DNA from: Pseudidiomarina sp.
GTDB taxonomy: Bacteria; Pseudomonadota; Gammaproteobacteria; Enterobacterales; Alteromonadaceae
Reading direction: 5' to 3'
DNA length: 64,000 nucleotides
Assembly: GCA_048267225.1 (NCBI GenBank)
Contig: JBLWXY010000001.1
Coordinates: 58,429 to 122,428, forward strand
Of the stretch, positions 63,456 to 64,000 are shown in pieces (position 1 is the stretch's first letter; each line of letters starts with the position of its first letter). The notes beneath the pieces are model-generated. The model was not told where the DNA came from. It was given only the letters and a program-made list of their open reading frames with translations, and made no database searches. The position numbers and the translations under genes were made by a program.

Positions 63456-64000
63456 GAATTTCTCACTCGTTCAGCGATTGCTGCGCGGATACTGTCACCT
63501 AGCACGTTAATAGACAATATGGTTAAGAACAAGGCTAAACCAGGTAGCACCATCATCCAAGGGGATACGTAAACTTGATCAAGACTACGCGCGAGCATGG
63601 TGCCCCACTCGGGCGCAGGAGCTTGAACACCGAGCCCAAGGAAACCTAAAGCGGCAATATCGAGAATAGCGGTGGACAGTGCGAACGTCGTTTGCATGAC
63701 CAACACACTAGTGACATTGGGGAAAATAACCCGCGTTAGCATGTACCAGCGGGTCACGCCATTCAGGCGCGAGGCGGTCACATATTCTTTATAGCGCTCG
63801 TCATAAATCGCATTGTGTACCGCATGAATAAACTGCGGTATCAGTACCAAGGTTATGGCAAACATGACGTTGACCAAAGATGGGCCAAGCATGGCAATGA
63901 TCACCAAGGCGAGGAGCAACGAGGGGATTGACAAAATAACGTCGAGCAAATGATTTAAGGTCGACGATTGCACGCCACGCGACATGCCCGCCCAAGCGCC
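63452..64000 (-). CDS. sapC: ABC transporter permease SapC-like, C-terminal part; the 5' end lies beyond the right edge
   Basis: The frame is open to position 64000 (…GAWAGMSRGVQSSTLNHLLDVILSIPSLLLALVII…). BPD-type permease EAA-loop region (RLNGVTRWYMLTRVIFPN). ATGA overlap with sapD. Confidence 0.8.
   Translation of the reverse strand, partial: GAWAGMSRGVQSSTLNHLLDVILSIPSLLLALVIIAMLGPSLVNVMFAITLVLIPQFIHAVHNAIYDERYKEYVTASRLNGVTRWYMLTRVIFPNVTSVLVMQTTFALSTAILDIAALGFLGLGVQAPAPEWGTMLARSLDQVYVSPWMMVLPGLALFLTILSINVLGDSIRAAIAERVRNS

Overview
Densely packed core-chromosome segment of a gammaproteobacterium. The frr-uppS-cdsA-dxr-rseP order and the eno/ftsB/rpoS/mutS/recA neighbourhood resemble Alteromonadales/Vibrionales-type synteny. 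I call about 65 protein genes (two truncated at the window edges) and one tRNA-Tyr.

Gene order:
- glnD', map (minus strand)
- rpsB-tsf-pyrH-frr-uppS-cdsA-dxr-rseP-bamA-skp-lpxD-fabZ-lpxA-lpxB
- a three-gene redox/quinone module (yqjG-like, pirin, PIG3-type quinone oxidoreductase)
- tRNA-Tyr
- xerD-dsbC-recJ-prfB-lysS
- a Cys/Met-family PLP enzyme, slyD and ygfZ (minus strand)
- sdhE plus a YgfX-like ORF
- nadB (minus strand)
- rpoE-rseABC-lepA-lepB-rnc-era-recO-pdxJ-rlmD-relA-mazG-pyrG-eno
- an orphan 211-aa ORF, then a TauE/SafE permease (minus strand)
- ftsB-ispD-ispF-truD-surE-pcm, a YqaA/DedA-like gene, nlpD-rpoS
- mutS (minus strand)
- pncC-recA and a patatin-like rssA
- putP-sapF-sapD-sapC' (minus strand)

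Intergenic space is minimal, with about 17 junctions overlapping by 1-17 nt.

Supportable non-coding features:
- the classic prfB +1 frameshift site
- a perfect LexA box inside the recA promoter
- a sigmaE-type promoter upstream of rpoE
- several rho-independent terminators
- an rpsB leader helix

Several ORF-track entries carry spurious N-terminal extensions, which I trimmed by homology and SD spacing: dxr, skp, rseB, rseC, rnc, mazG, truD, nlpD, mutS, pncC and sapF.

I saw no IS elements, prophage genes, CRISPR arrays or recognisable defence islands, and no convincing novel multi-gene system.

Most noteworthy items:
- a two-gene insertion at the eno|ftsB junction, whose first gene is an unrecognisable Cys/His-rich protein
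- a Trp/Arg-rich ORF with no transmembrane segment, in the ygfX/cptA position after sdhE
- a patatin-like phospholipase apparently co-transcribed with recA under LexA control, where recX usually sits
- the redox module with a palindromic operator candidate, where rnhB-dnaE usually follow lpxB

All homology statements come from reading the translations and from memory of E. coli orthologues. No searches were run.
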